A stretch of 64,000 bases of DNA from Rhynchobatus australiae (lineage: Eukaryota), in assembly GCA_034780895.1 (NCBI GenBank), contig JAUZTB010000057.1, positions 16,909,712 to 16,973,711 of the forward strand, in the 5' to 3' direction. Under the pieces are notes generated by a model. The model was not told the origin of the DNA and searched no databases. It was given only the letters and a program-made list of their open reading frames with translations. This document shows positions 15,201 to 27,200 of this stretch, piece by piece. Made by a program: the position numbers and the translations under genes. Every line of letters begins with the position of its first letter. The first letter of the stretch is position 1.

Positions 15201-18200
15201 CAAGGTACTTACAGAACCAGAAGACCATGCAGTCCATCTTAATTCATCCATGCACAAACAAATAACGATATGTATTTCTATAGCAAACTGAACATCGAAG
15301 ATCCTAAGGTGTTTTACAACTTATCAACGGCTAAGCCACACAAGGGTAGATGACAAAACATTAGTCAAAGAGGTAAGTGTAAAAGATTTGTCTTAAAACT
15401 GGAAAAGAAATAAAGAGGCAGAGATGTTTAAGAAAGGAATTCTAGAGCTTTGGGCCATGGTAACAGTAGGGACAGTTGCCAATGGTGAAAAAATTACATT
15501 CAGGAAATAACCAAGAGGCAAGAACCAGAGGAACACAGATAATTTTGTGGTCGAAGGAGACAGGGAATGCAAAGCCATTTAGGGATTTGAAAACAAGAAT
15601 GAAAATGTTATCTGTCAGCAAAGGTTGGCAAGCACAATGTTGAACGGCAAACAGCAATTGCTGCAAGTTAAGGTACAGGTGGCAGAATTTTGGATAACGT
15701 CAAGTTTAGAAAGACAAGTCAACCAGGAAGCTATCGGAATTTTCAAGTAACAAGGTAACAAAGGCACGGATGACGATATAAACAGTACATACGCTAAGGC
15801 AGCTGGTTAAGGGTGAGGGGTGATCTTAAGGGTCGTTGGCCATAGGTGATATTACAGATCAACAAATAGGCAATTTAAGTGTATGCATGGCTATGTGGTC
15901 TAAAGCTCATTTCAGGAAGTCTACCAGTTTCTTGCCCTATGATTATCTTATAACTTAAAAATTCTCCAATCACCAGTAAAATTGTTTTGCTAAAGACTAA
16001 CAAAAATGCTCTTAAGCAATCAGCCTTATCACCTTTTCCTTACCAAATATAGAGTGAAGCGTGCCCAAAGGTCTGGCACTAAACAGTTCTCAGACAGTGC
16101 CCGTTCAAAGGTGATCTGAATCCTTGCTGGGTCCCCCTCCTTCATTTCAAAGTCAATGTAAGCTTGATACTCTGCCAGTTTCGGAGGATCTGCTACCAAC
16201 TGCAATAGAATAAACAAAAATTATTTGGAAAATTTGTCCTAATTTCCTTTTACCTATTCCCTTCACAAACAGTACTTCCAGGTGAAGCAGCAATCTACTT
16301 GCACTTCTTTCAATCTAGTATTCTGAGTTTGGCTGTCATAGTGTGGTCTCCTCTACACTTGACATGCCAAATCCAGATTGAGTGACTGCTTTGCAGAGCA
16401 CCTCTATTCAGTCTGCAGGGACAACCCTGAGCTTTCAGCTGCCTACCACCTATTATCCATCCCACTCCCACCCTGACCTCTGGCTGTGGCTTCCTGCACT
16501 GTTAAAATGAGGCCTAACACAAGTCTGACGAACAATACTTCACCCTCCATCTCAGTACATTGCAGTCTTCCAGACAATATTGAATTTACCAATTTCAGGT
16601 AACTCTTATTTCTCTATTTGTATTAGAACTGGCCAGTAAGTCATCCATCTCTAATATTGACTATCTACTAGATAGCCTGACCTGCCTGGTATCACCTGCA
16701 GTTCTGCACATCACAGAGTTTATATATTTCTATCTTTGTGTTTTTTTTTCTCTAACTGCCCTCATTCACCTTTCAATTTGATGACTTCATCAATAGCTTA
16801 TTACTATGTCAACCCTGTCTTTATTCTGTCAAAGATATTCCCTGTTCTATCCATCCATCCCCTACACCCATGCAATTTAAAACTCCCTTTCCCCAGTTCT
16901 GACAAAGGGTCTTCAAACTGAAGATTAACTGCGTCTCTTTCCACAGATGCAGTCTGGCCTGCTAAGTGTTTCCAGTATTCCAGTTTTGTTTTTAATGATG
17001 ATCATTTCAAATCCAAGATATATTTTGTTCCAAACAATTCATCAATGCTCATCACATGCCAGCAGTAATCGCATTTATATGCATATCATTTCATTCCTCA
17101 AATTATCGACCATTTCACAACAGTATTGTTAAGTAAACCTACATTAAAGCTAGAATCATGGGAATAAAAGTATCAGAAAATCAATTTGAAAATTAAAACA
17201 GAAAATCTAACGAGGGCAAGAGGAACAATAAGAAATCAAGTCCAGTTGTGTTTTTAAATCCTTCCCAGAAATACAAAAACAAACGAAACAGGTAATTTTA
17301 GCCCAACTCCCAAAGTACAAGGAAAATGGGGAGGTAATTCAATCTTGCAATTGTTACAGACTAATCTAAACAGGCCTTGAAGGGATGCATAAATCCACTC
17401 AGATAGGTGACATTCAAGAATTTTCTGCCTGAGAAACAGCCCATGCCATGATTTACATTATTGAATCTCTAATATTCACGTATTTAATGTAAACTAAATC
17501 AACCTCTAGAACACAAGGTGTTAGGCTACTTATCTCCTGATAAATCAGTCATGATTCATTACGATCATGACTGCTTTATGATCCAATTCCATATTTTTCC
17601 CCCCATTTGGTTAACCATAATATCTCAAGTTTGGGTTTCAAATTCACAGTTAATCTATCATCAATTGCTATTTGTGGAAGTGCGTTTAAAATTTCTTCCA
17701 TCCTCTACATTTGGATGAGTTTCCTAACATCACTCCTAAGATGCTTAGTTCTCATTTTCAGATAATACCCTTTAGTCCCAGATTCCCCAGTCAGTGAAAA
17801 ATTCTACTTTATAATTTCCTTTAATACTTTGGAAACTTCAACAAATCATCTTTATTTCAGGGAATACATGCTGGTTTGTGTCATAATTTTAAGACTTTGG
17901 ATCAAGGTAACATTCTGGTAAATTTATGCTGCACTCCCTCCAAATAACCCTTCTTAAGGTGAGGTTGCTGGAGCTGCTCAACACTTCTCCAGAGGACCTT
18001 GTACAGCTGTAGAATAAGTTATGGTCACTTGCGCTCCATTCTCCTTAAGTTAAAAGGCCTTCTTGATGAAAAAAATATCACGGACAGGTACAGAAAACAA
18101 TCAACCACCATTATACCCACCACCACCTGTGTCTCCACCTCTCCCTTACTCCCACCAATTCTCTGGATTGCTTTCACCATTTATAAAATACTCAGTTTCG

Positions 18201-21200
18201 TCCCATTTATGTAAACTTACATCTGCCTACATTAAAATCCAGTTACCATCATTTTGCCCATTCACTTAAAGTATTAGACTCGCTATAATTTATTCCCTCC
18301 AAGAATATCACTTAAAATGCTACCTATCTTTATGTCATCACCAAAATTAGATATCTAACTTTCTATCGCTTCATCTTAGTGGGTTATAAATACTGTGATT
18401 AGTTGCTGCCCAACACAGGTCCTTCCAAGAGACCTTTACTTCAATCCTACTGATTTGACTACATGTCCATCATTCCTCCTGGCATTCTACCAAGTTCCTA
18501 GCCAGCCAGAAAATTTTTCTTTCAATTATATGATCTTCAACTTTAAATAACAGTCTCTTCTAAGGGAATTTATCAAATGCCTTTTGGAAGTTCATATAAG
18601 ACTAACATCAATAAACATTCCTCTAGCAACTGCTTTGCATACTTCTTCCAAAAAATCAAGTCTATCAGCTATAAACCTATGCTAGACTCACTGATCAGTT
18701 GAAAGTATTGTTTATTCACTTGATCCTTAATTACATACACTAGTAACATTAGGCTTATTGATCAAAAATCCCTTAGTCTACCTTGCTCACCTTTTTTTAA
18801 ATGGTGAAGCGTCATCCACAATGTCCTATCCTAAAACAATGGTTCCCAGATCAAGGAAACTTTGGAAGATTATAATTAGGGGTATTGCAAAGTTCTCATC
18901 TCCTTCCCGTAAGGTCCTGGGAAGGAATAAAACAGAAATGCTGGAAGAACTCAGCTTGTCAAGCAGATCTGTACTAAGAGACAACAGTTAATTGGGTCAG
19001 GGACCCTTCCTCAGAACAGTTCTGAGAAAGGGTCCCTGACCTGAAACATTAACTTGTTTCTCTTCAACAGACAAGTTGAGTTCTTCCAGCATTTATGTTT
19101 ATGTTTCAGATTCCAGTATCTGCAGTTTTATTTGTTCTCCTGGGAAGGAATAAGTGTCTTGGGACCACTTCTACCACTTGTCAGAAGCAGCACTTGAACC
19201 TTGCCGGTCATAGTTACTCATAAAATTAGGAGTCAAATGTTCTTCCAATCAAATATCATAAATGGAATGTCACCATTTTGCCAAAAAGATGTGGNNNNNN
19301 NNNNNNNNNNNNNNNNNNNNNNNNNNNNNNNNNNNNNNNNNNNNNNNNNNNNNNNNNNNNNNNNNNNNNNNNNNNNNNNNNNNNNNNNNNNNNNNNNNNN
19401 NNNNNNNNNNNNNNNNNNNNNNNNNNNNNNNNNNGAGCCAGTGTTCAAAACTGATTTTGTGATTACCCAATGTAAGCAACAGTCAATACCAGCGAAGGTC
19501 TCTGTGTGATCGGCGTCAACTTGGATGAGATCAATTGTCTCAGTCAAGAGCCAAAAGGAGGGAATGTGGTGAAAGCAGAATCAAGGGTAGCTTCAAAAAG
19601 GAGAATGGATAGATTGGATAGGTACCAATCAGGGAAAGATTACAGGCTACGTGGAAGTTCATGGCATGAGTTCATCAGTCTCTCTTTCAGGGCCATCCTG
19701 AGTTCCCAGTTGCATGCTATGTCAATTCCCATTCCCACACTGTCTATGCTTGGCCTTCTCCAGTGCCAGGGTGAGGCCCGACACTAACAAGAGGACCACC
19801 ACCTCATATTCTGCCTGGGTGGTCTGGAACCCAATAGCATTAACACTTTTTTCCAATTTTAGGTAACCTTCCCCTCAGATGGGCTTTTCCCCCTCCCCCC
19901 TCCGTCCTTCCAATCCTCCTGCTGTTCTCCCATTTTTGTCCTCTCCCCCCCCTCCTTTAGCCCCCACCACCATCCCTCGTTCTCTAACCTTGGATTCTAT
20001 CCAGCTACTACACATATAGTTCACCCACAGGCTTCAACCTCTCCCCACCCCAGCTGGTTCTGGTTTCAAATGACATACACCTCTCCCCTAAAGGTTCCTA
20101 TTATCACCTCCTTATCAGATTCCAACATTGGTAGCCCTTTGAGTTCCTGCTTATTTCCCTCCATCAGCTGTCTCCACTCTCCCCTCCTCCCACCTCACTC
20201 CATCTGCCTGTCATTTTATCTTCTCCTTGCCTCATTTTTCTTCCCTCTGCCACTGCCTCCAACGCACCCCCACCCCTCCCCTACCTGCCCGTCATCCTTT
20301 ACCCCTCCTCAGTCTACCAATCACCTCGGGCTCCTGTCTCACCACTCCCTCTCTCCTCCTTAGACTGGCCATTTCCCCCCTCCAGTCTCCATCCTGATGC
20401 AAGGTTTTGACCCGAAACATCAACAATTTCTGTACCCTCTCACAAATGCTGTTCGACCCGCTGAGTTCCTCCAGCAGATTGTTTGTTGCTCCAGGTTCCA
20501 GCATCTGCAGTCTCTTGTATCTCTCCTTCAGGGAGCTTACACAGAAATGCAGTCTGGTGGTGCTGACCTTACAACAAGAATCGAGTACTCAGAAATTCAA
20601 AAACAAAAGCCAAAAATGCTGGATTTACTCAGCAGATCCGGTTGAAAGATCATTGACCTGAAATGTTAATTCTGTTTCTCTCTGGGTAGATGCTGCCAGA
20701 CTTGTTGAGTGTTTCTGGCACTTTTGGTTTATATTTCTGATTTCCAGCATCTGCATCTATTTTTATTTTGGCCACAGGGTGGAAATGTCAGAAGCTAGAA
20801 GATGGAGCTTTAAGGAGAGGGGGCAAAGTTTGGAGCAGGTGTGCGGGGAAAATTTTTTTTTACACACAGTGAGTGGTAGGTGCCTGGAACGGACTGCAAG
20901 TGCTGGAAGCAGATACCATAGTGGGGTTTAAGAGTCATTTAGACAGCCACAAGAACATGCAGGGAATGGAGGGATATGGATCATGTGCAGGCAGACAGAT
21001 TTAGTTTAATTTAGCATCATGGTCAGCACAGACATCGTGGGTACTTTTTTTCAATGTAGTTTTTCCTGTAATGTGGGAAACACAGCAATGAATTTGTTCA
21101 CACAGCTCTTACTAACTGCAATATGGTAATACCCAGATGTTGACTGAGGGATTAGTATTGGCCAGGATACCAGGTATTTGTTCTTTGAAGTAGTGCTTTG

Positions 21201-24200
21201 CAACTATTTCGTTAGGAGATTTGGTACGTCACCAAAGGCTCTAACCAATTTCTACAGTTGCAAGGTGGAGAGCATCCTGACTGGTTGCATCACAGCCTGG
21301 TATGGAGAATCCAATGCACAGGATCGCAAGAGGCTGCAGAGGGTTGTAGACTCAGCCAGCTCCATCACGGACACAATCTCCTCACCCACCGTTGAGGACA
21401 TCTTCAAGAGGCAGTGACTCAAGAAGCTGGGGATTATCACTAAGGAACCTCACCATCTGGGACATGCCCTCTTCCTGTTACTACCATCAGGGAGGTGGTA
21501 CAGGAACCTGAAGACCCAAAATCAATGATTCAGGAACAACTCCGCCATCAGATTTCTGAACGGTCCATAAACCCATGAACACGACATCATTATTCCTTGT
21601 TTTTTCACTATTTATTTATTTTTGTAGTTTATATTAATTTTAGGTCTTTGCCACTTTACTGCTGCCACAAAACAACAGATTTCACATCATATGTCAGTGA
21701 TAACAAATCTGATCCTGATTTTAACTGCGAGGACAGGGGGGCCTCAGTGTAATGTGATATCTGAAACAGTTCTCGAACAAGACTTCCTGTTTCTGTCTGT
21801 GAAGTTACTGATCTGATCAGTGCAATGACTCTACTGGGCTGAACAGTGTAGTACTGCAGTATCAATCAGCTTCAGGTGTTTTCAAGTCCCAATTTATGGT
21901 AAAACTTTTTAAACACTTACCGCTCTTCTGCTTCTTTACAACTCGTTATAGGGTTCTTCCACAGAGTTATTGCTGAAAAGAGAAAATTGCTCAAGATTTA
22001 CTGGCAGTCTGAGGAAAAGGCTTAAAGCAGTGCCCAATTCTAACCAATCATAGCACATCCTGAAATCTTTTGTTTTATAAGCAGAGTTGTGTCAGCCAAT
22101 GAGTTAGAGGTGGGGCACAGAATATGACCATGCTCTCAACAATCAATTGTCTTATACTGTAAGTAATGTCAATTTACCCCAGTCTATTTAAACAGAACTT
22201 ATGACAGAAGCTACAGCAACGTTTTGTGATAAAAGAGGATAAATTCACCAGAGTCAATGTCAGTCACTTTTGCTCATCAGGTTTGATTGACAGGAAGCAA
22301 GAAGCAATCTTTCAGAGGAACCCAGCAGTTCTGCAGTATTTGTGGTGGTGGGGAGGAATTGTCAACATTTCAGGTTGAACATTGCCGAAACGTCGACAAT
22401 TCCTTTCCCCCCACACAGATGCTGCTCGACCCACTGTGTTCCTCCAGCAGATTGTTTTTTTTTGTTCCAGACTCCAGCATCTGCAGTTTCTTGCATCTTG
22501 CTTGATTGGGAAGTCACCCAGTCACCTATCATTGCACTGGCTGGGAATACTGTTGTCACCATATGCAAGCTCTAATAAATACTTGAGCATTTCAATGGTG
22601 CTGGAGATGACTCAAGGGCTATTTGTTCATCTTAAAGTGTTACCAATAATACATGGTGTAACTGTCTGGAATGGTATTAAAAATAAGCAAGGTATTATGA
22701 TTTTTTTTGTGAGGATAAGAACCATTCACAGTCTAACTGTACATCAAAATATGCTTCACACAGTATGAAGTCATTATTAACTCATTAGGGCAAAAGCTAA
22801 TATGTATTCAACTAAGGGTGGCCATTTCTATTATGCTATCTTCATTTCAAATAACAACATTTAAAAGACACTTGGACAGGTATATGGATAGGAAAGGTTT
22901 AGAGGGATATGGGCCAAATATAAGCAAATGGGATGAGCTTAGGTTGACATGGATGAGTTGGGCTGAAGGGCCTGTTTACATGCTGTGTTGCTCGATGCCT
23001 CTGACTCTATGTATGGAGGTGAAGCTTATTTGGAAGGGACCTAATTTGGACCCTCCACCCTATCTTTCCTCTATGATTGTTCACCTTCAAAAAGTTTGAG
23101 CCCAAATAGTAGGAACAGTTTGTTAACTGAAGTCCTTGCAAGCCTATGGGGAATAATTGCTGATGTTCTCTGACTAGACATGGATAAGAGAACTAATGGT
23201 CTTGCAGATATTTGCCAAACAGAGCCATCTGATGAGGCAAGGGTGTTATCTATAGTACAGAATGGAGCCGTTCATTATTTCTTGAAGCCGGTATTTATGC
23301 TCTTCTTGAGTTCCCTCCTATCCTTCCCTGTTTAACCATCAGTGAGTTTTCTACTCCCCCATGTACTTAACTAGCTTCCAATTAAAGTCATTCTTTTTTC
23401 TCCCCTCTCCTGTTGGGCAGAAGATACAAAAGCTCGATAACATATACCACCAGGCTCAAAGACAGCTTCTATCCTGCTGTTAACAGACTCTTGAATGGAC
23501 CTCTCTTATGCTAGAACAGTTGATCACCCAATCTACCTGATCGTGGCCCTTGTACTTTATTTGTCAACCATCACTACACTTTCTCTGTAACTGCAACACT
23601 ATATTCTGCATTTTTTTTCCTTTTTACTTTGATGTACTTAGTTATGGATGATCTGTTTGGATGGCAAGCAGACAAAAGCTTTTCACTGTATCTCAGTACA
23701 AATGACGATAATAAAGCAATACCAATACCAATCAAAACTGTTCATCTTAATACACACATTGCTAATGTGATTACTTAACAACCATCTCCCATTTATGTGG
23801 GAAAACTCTTATGCTTTATCCAAATACAAGGAGCCCTAGCTAAGGAATTCAATTGGAGGCGCACACCAAGGATCATCAGCTTGTGAGCTTGGCAGTCAAG
23901 AGAGGCCCTGAGGTGGGCCTCTCTTGACTGCCAAGAGAGGTCCACCTAAGGAAATGGAGCAGGTAAAGAGCATCTCTTTGGTCTGTGCACTATAGGCAAT
24001 GGGGAAATGCAAGGTAGTTCTGCATTCAATGTACAGGGACTCCCTGGGTTATGGATGACATGACTTATGCATATTTATGGATGAATATGCATAATCTGAC
24101 TTTATGCATATTCTCCCTTAAAATTTTAAAGCATTTTTCAAGACAAGGAAGTTTGTTACAGAAATGTAAACATCTTCAGGAGTTTTGGAATAGGGGTAGC

Positions 24201-27200
24201 AGCAAATTAGTTCCAAAGACAAAGACAACCAGTCTTCAAAAAAATCTGTTTACCTGTAACCTTCCTGCAGTAAGCAAACAGATACATTTTCTTTAAGAAC
24301 AGCTGCTGGTTCACAGTGGGAGGCCACTTAATAGATTAGCTTTGGAAACTGACAAGGCAAATCTCTTCACCTGATAGTTGCAACATACTTTATCAAACAA
24401 TGTAACATCCATTGATTCTTTACGGCCATCAAAACTAGTCATTGGATGTGGGACATTCTGATTTTGTACCACTGTAATTACATAGAAGACAATAAATAAA
24501 TGAATAATAAATGTCAATAAATAAATTCCATTTGTGTCCAAAGATGCTGCTTGACTCACTGAGCTTTTTTTGCTCCATATTCCAGCATCTGCAGTTTCTT
24601 GTGTCTCCAATAAATAAACATTCCTGTTCATCAACCCTCATTGAAATTGTTCATTTCTGACATGGAAAAAATTGGCTTATGGACAGTTCTCAGGAACAGA
24701 AGCCCTTACATAACCCAGGGACTGCCTGCACCCGAAGGAAATGATGGAGAAAAATTGCGTAAAATCCTACCTAGATTCTAGGTCAGAACCTTGGAAAGCA
24801 TATTCTCCGTAGTTCCTCCTCCATATCTGGAAGGTGACATTAAAATCAAGAATATTTTTAGTTATGCATTTCCTCATTAGTTTTCCATTAATATTTCTTA
24901 TGCGAGAATACCCAGCGAGATAACTTATACATTATGGTTTAAGAGTTGGGAACTGAACGAGCTTAAGTTTTTCAACCAGTACAGAAACATTGAGCTCCTT
25001 CTGTCCTCTAAACGTCTATGATTCTTTGAATGAATATTTAATCTACAAACCTACTGCTGTGTGGGAGAAATACCAGGGGGCAGAAATTTTTCTTTGGTTG
25101 ATAGCATTAAGCTGCACTAAGATATGGCTGCCTGTTGACTTCATAAGAAAAGAATAGATGGAGTGTGACTTATACTGTTGCACTTGTCAGCAACCAATAA
25201 TTAACTATCACCCACTGGTTTCCTCCTTTTCAGTACATTTCCCTTTTTATGGAACACACACATACGATGAATTGTCATGGATCTCTGGACCAGTGAGCCC
25301 TTACATGCGTTGAGAATGGATCGGAATATTGCTAGTTACAACAAGCAACCATGTGTAGCTGATTAAGACAATGCAAAGGAGTCAGTGCTTCGTAGAAGTC
25401 GAGGTGTATTACATAAGTGATCCAAGTTTTGGACTGGTGAGTCCACTTGTGGGGAAAGAATATCACCATTTTGCAAGGTATTACCCTTGCAGAGAGCTGT
25501 TATCCCAAGGAAACACTGGGCAATCAGAACTGAGAGCTGGAGAAGCTGCTTCGACAGGAAAGGAATGAAGAAATTAGATATCAGGAAAAACCGGCCTCTT
25601 TGGAGTTNNNNNNNNNNNNNNNNNNNNNNNNNNNNNNNNNNNNNNNNNNNNNNNNNNNNNNNNNNNNNNNNNNNNNNNNNNNNNNNNNNNNNNNNNNNNN
25701 NNNNNNNGTTTGATTATTTTGTATCAATTATATGTTAAAACAGAAATGTATTTTCTTTTGTAATACATTTTGAACACACATTTACAATTCAGAATTTAAA
25801 AACTAAAATAACAGAGGTTCAATCCATACCAGGGCTTCTTCAAAGGGTTTGCGCTTTTCCATTTGCTGCAAGGCCTTCTTGTACAATTGTACCACTGATT
25901 CATTAGGCACCTCATCAGCCCATGCCTCATATTCAGCATATGTGGATTCCATGTCTATTCCAAACATACACAGCCAGGATTAAGCAAGGATGAAATAAAC
26001 ATAGCTAATGCCTCTACACTTAGCAGTGGAATCTAAAATGTTCTATTTGCAAAGATGCTAAAACTCTAGAAACAAAATTTACAGGTACTTAAAAGTTAAA
26101 AAAAAATTATTCATTTTCATGGACACAATGAGGTGGACAATTTCTTTTCCAAAATAGCCACCACAGGCACAACAAACTGAATCACCTTCTTGTGCTGTCT
26201 GCCTCTGATTTAATAAAATAAAACAGATGCATTAATTTAGAATAACTAATTTGCATTTTACTGAACCTCTTTCGATTATTAAGGCACAACAATCTAGGAC
26301 CCAGCCAGATGCATAGACAACACTTCAGCACTACAGCTAAAAAGATCAATGAAGTTCTTTGCAGAGCTCTAGTAATATGAATGCTTTATTATGGCAGCAA
26401 AATAAAATACAAATGGTCAGGACTGCCTTTTACTGGCAGTTACAGTACCTGGCAGTCTTCATGGAATGGTAGACCTATAGGATGCAAGATTTTATAGCCT
26501 AGGTTGCAGGAGCTTGATTTTAAACAAAGCCAACTCATTACAGGAGGATAGGGCAGCACACTAATTATGCCATTCATGAAAGGTGGGAATACAGATGGCA
26601 AAAGATTAGTTAGTTTTTTTTAACCTCTGATAATCAATTTGAAGATTAAACATTAGGGAGACTGTACTTACACGTTTCACATTGTATGTTGGAAGCAGAA
26701 TCCTCTTTTCTCATCTTTGCTCATATTTTTGAAGGATGGCATAGTGACACAGCAGTTAGCTCACAGCTACCCTTCAATTCTGACCTCCAAGCTTGCACAT
26801 CCTCCTTGTGAGCATGTGGGCCTCCATCAGGTGCTCCAGTTTCCTCACACATCCTAATGACATTTTGGTAGGTTAATTGGCTACTGATAATTACCTACAT
26901 TTACTAGCACTAAGGGATAAATGGTGTAGGGAGTTGATGGACATATGAAAGGTTATGGGGCTGGTCTCTTTCTGTATTATAGTAAACAAGGTTGAGAGCT
27001 ATAGTTGTCTGTATGACAGTGGAGATCATCAGTCTCTTGTGTGTGAGCTACATTCAGATGGGTCTTTCTGAATTACATCAGCCATGGTTCTCATGCTCTT
27101 TCAAATTTTATTCAGAATATCGAAATTCATGCTGTGATCTGATCTATATTCTCTTTATGACAAACAGGATGGGATTGTGAATTGTGAGAAGGATACAAAA

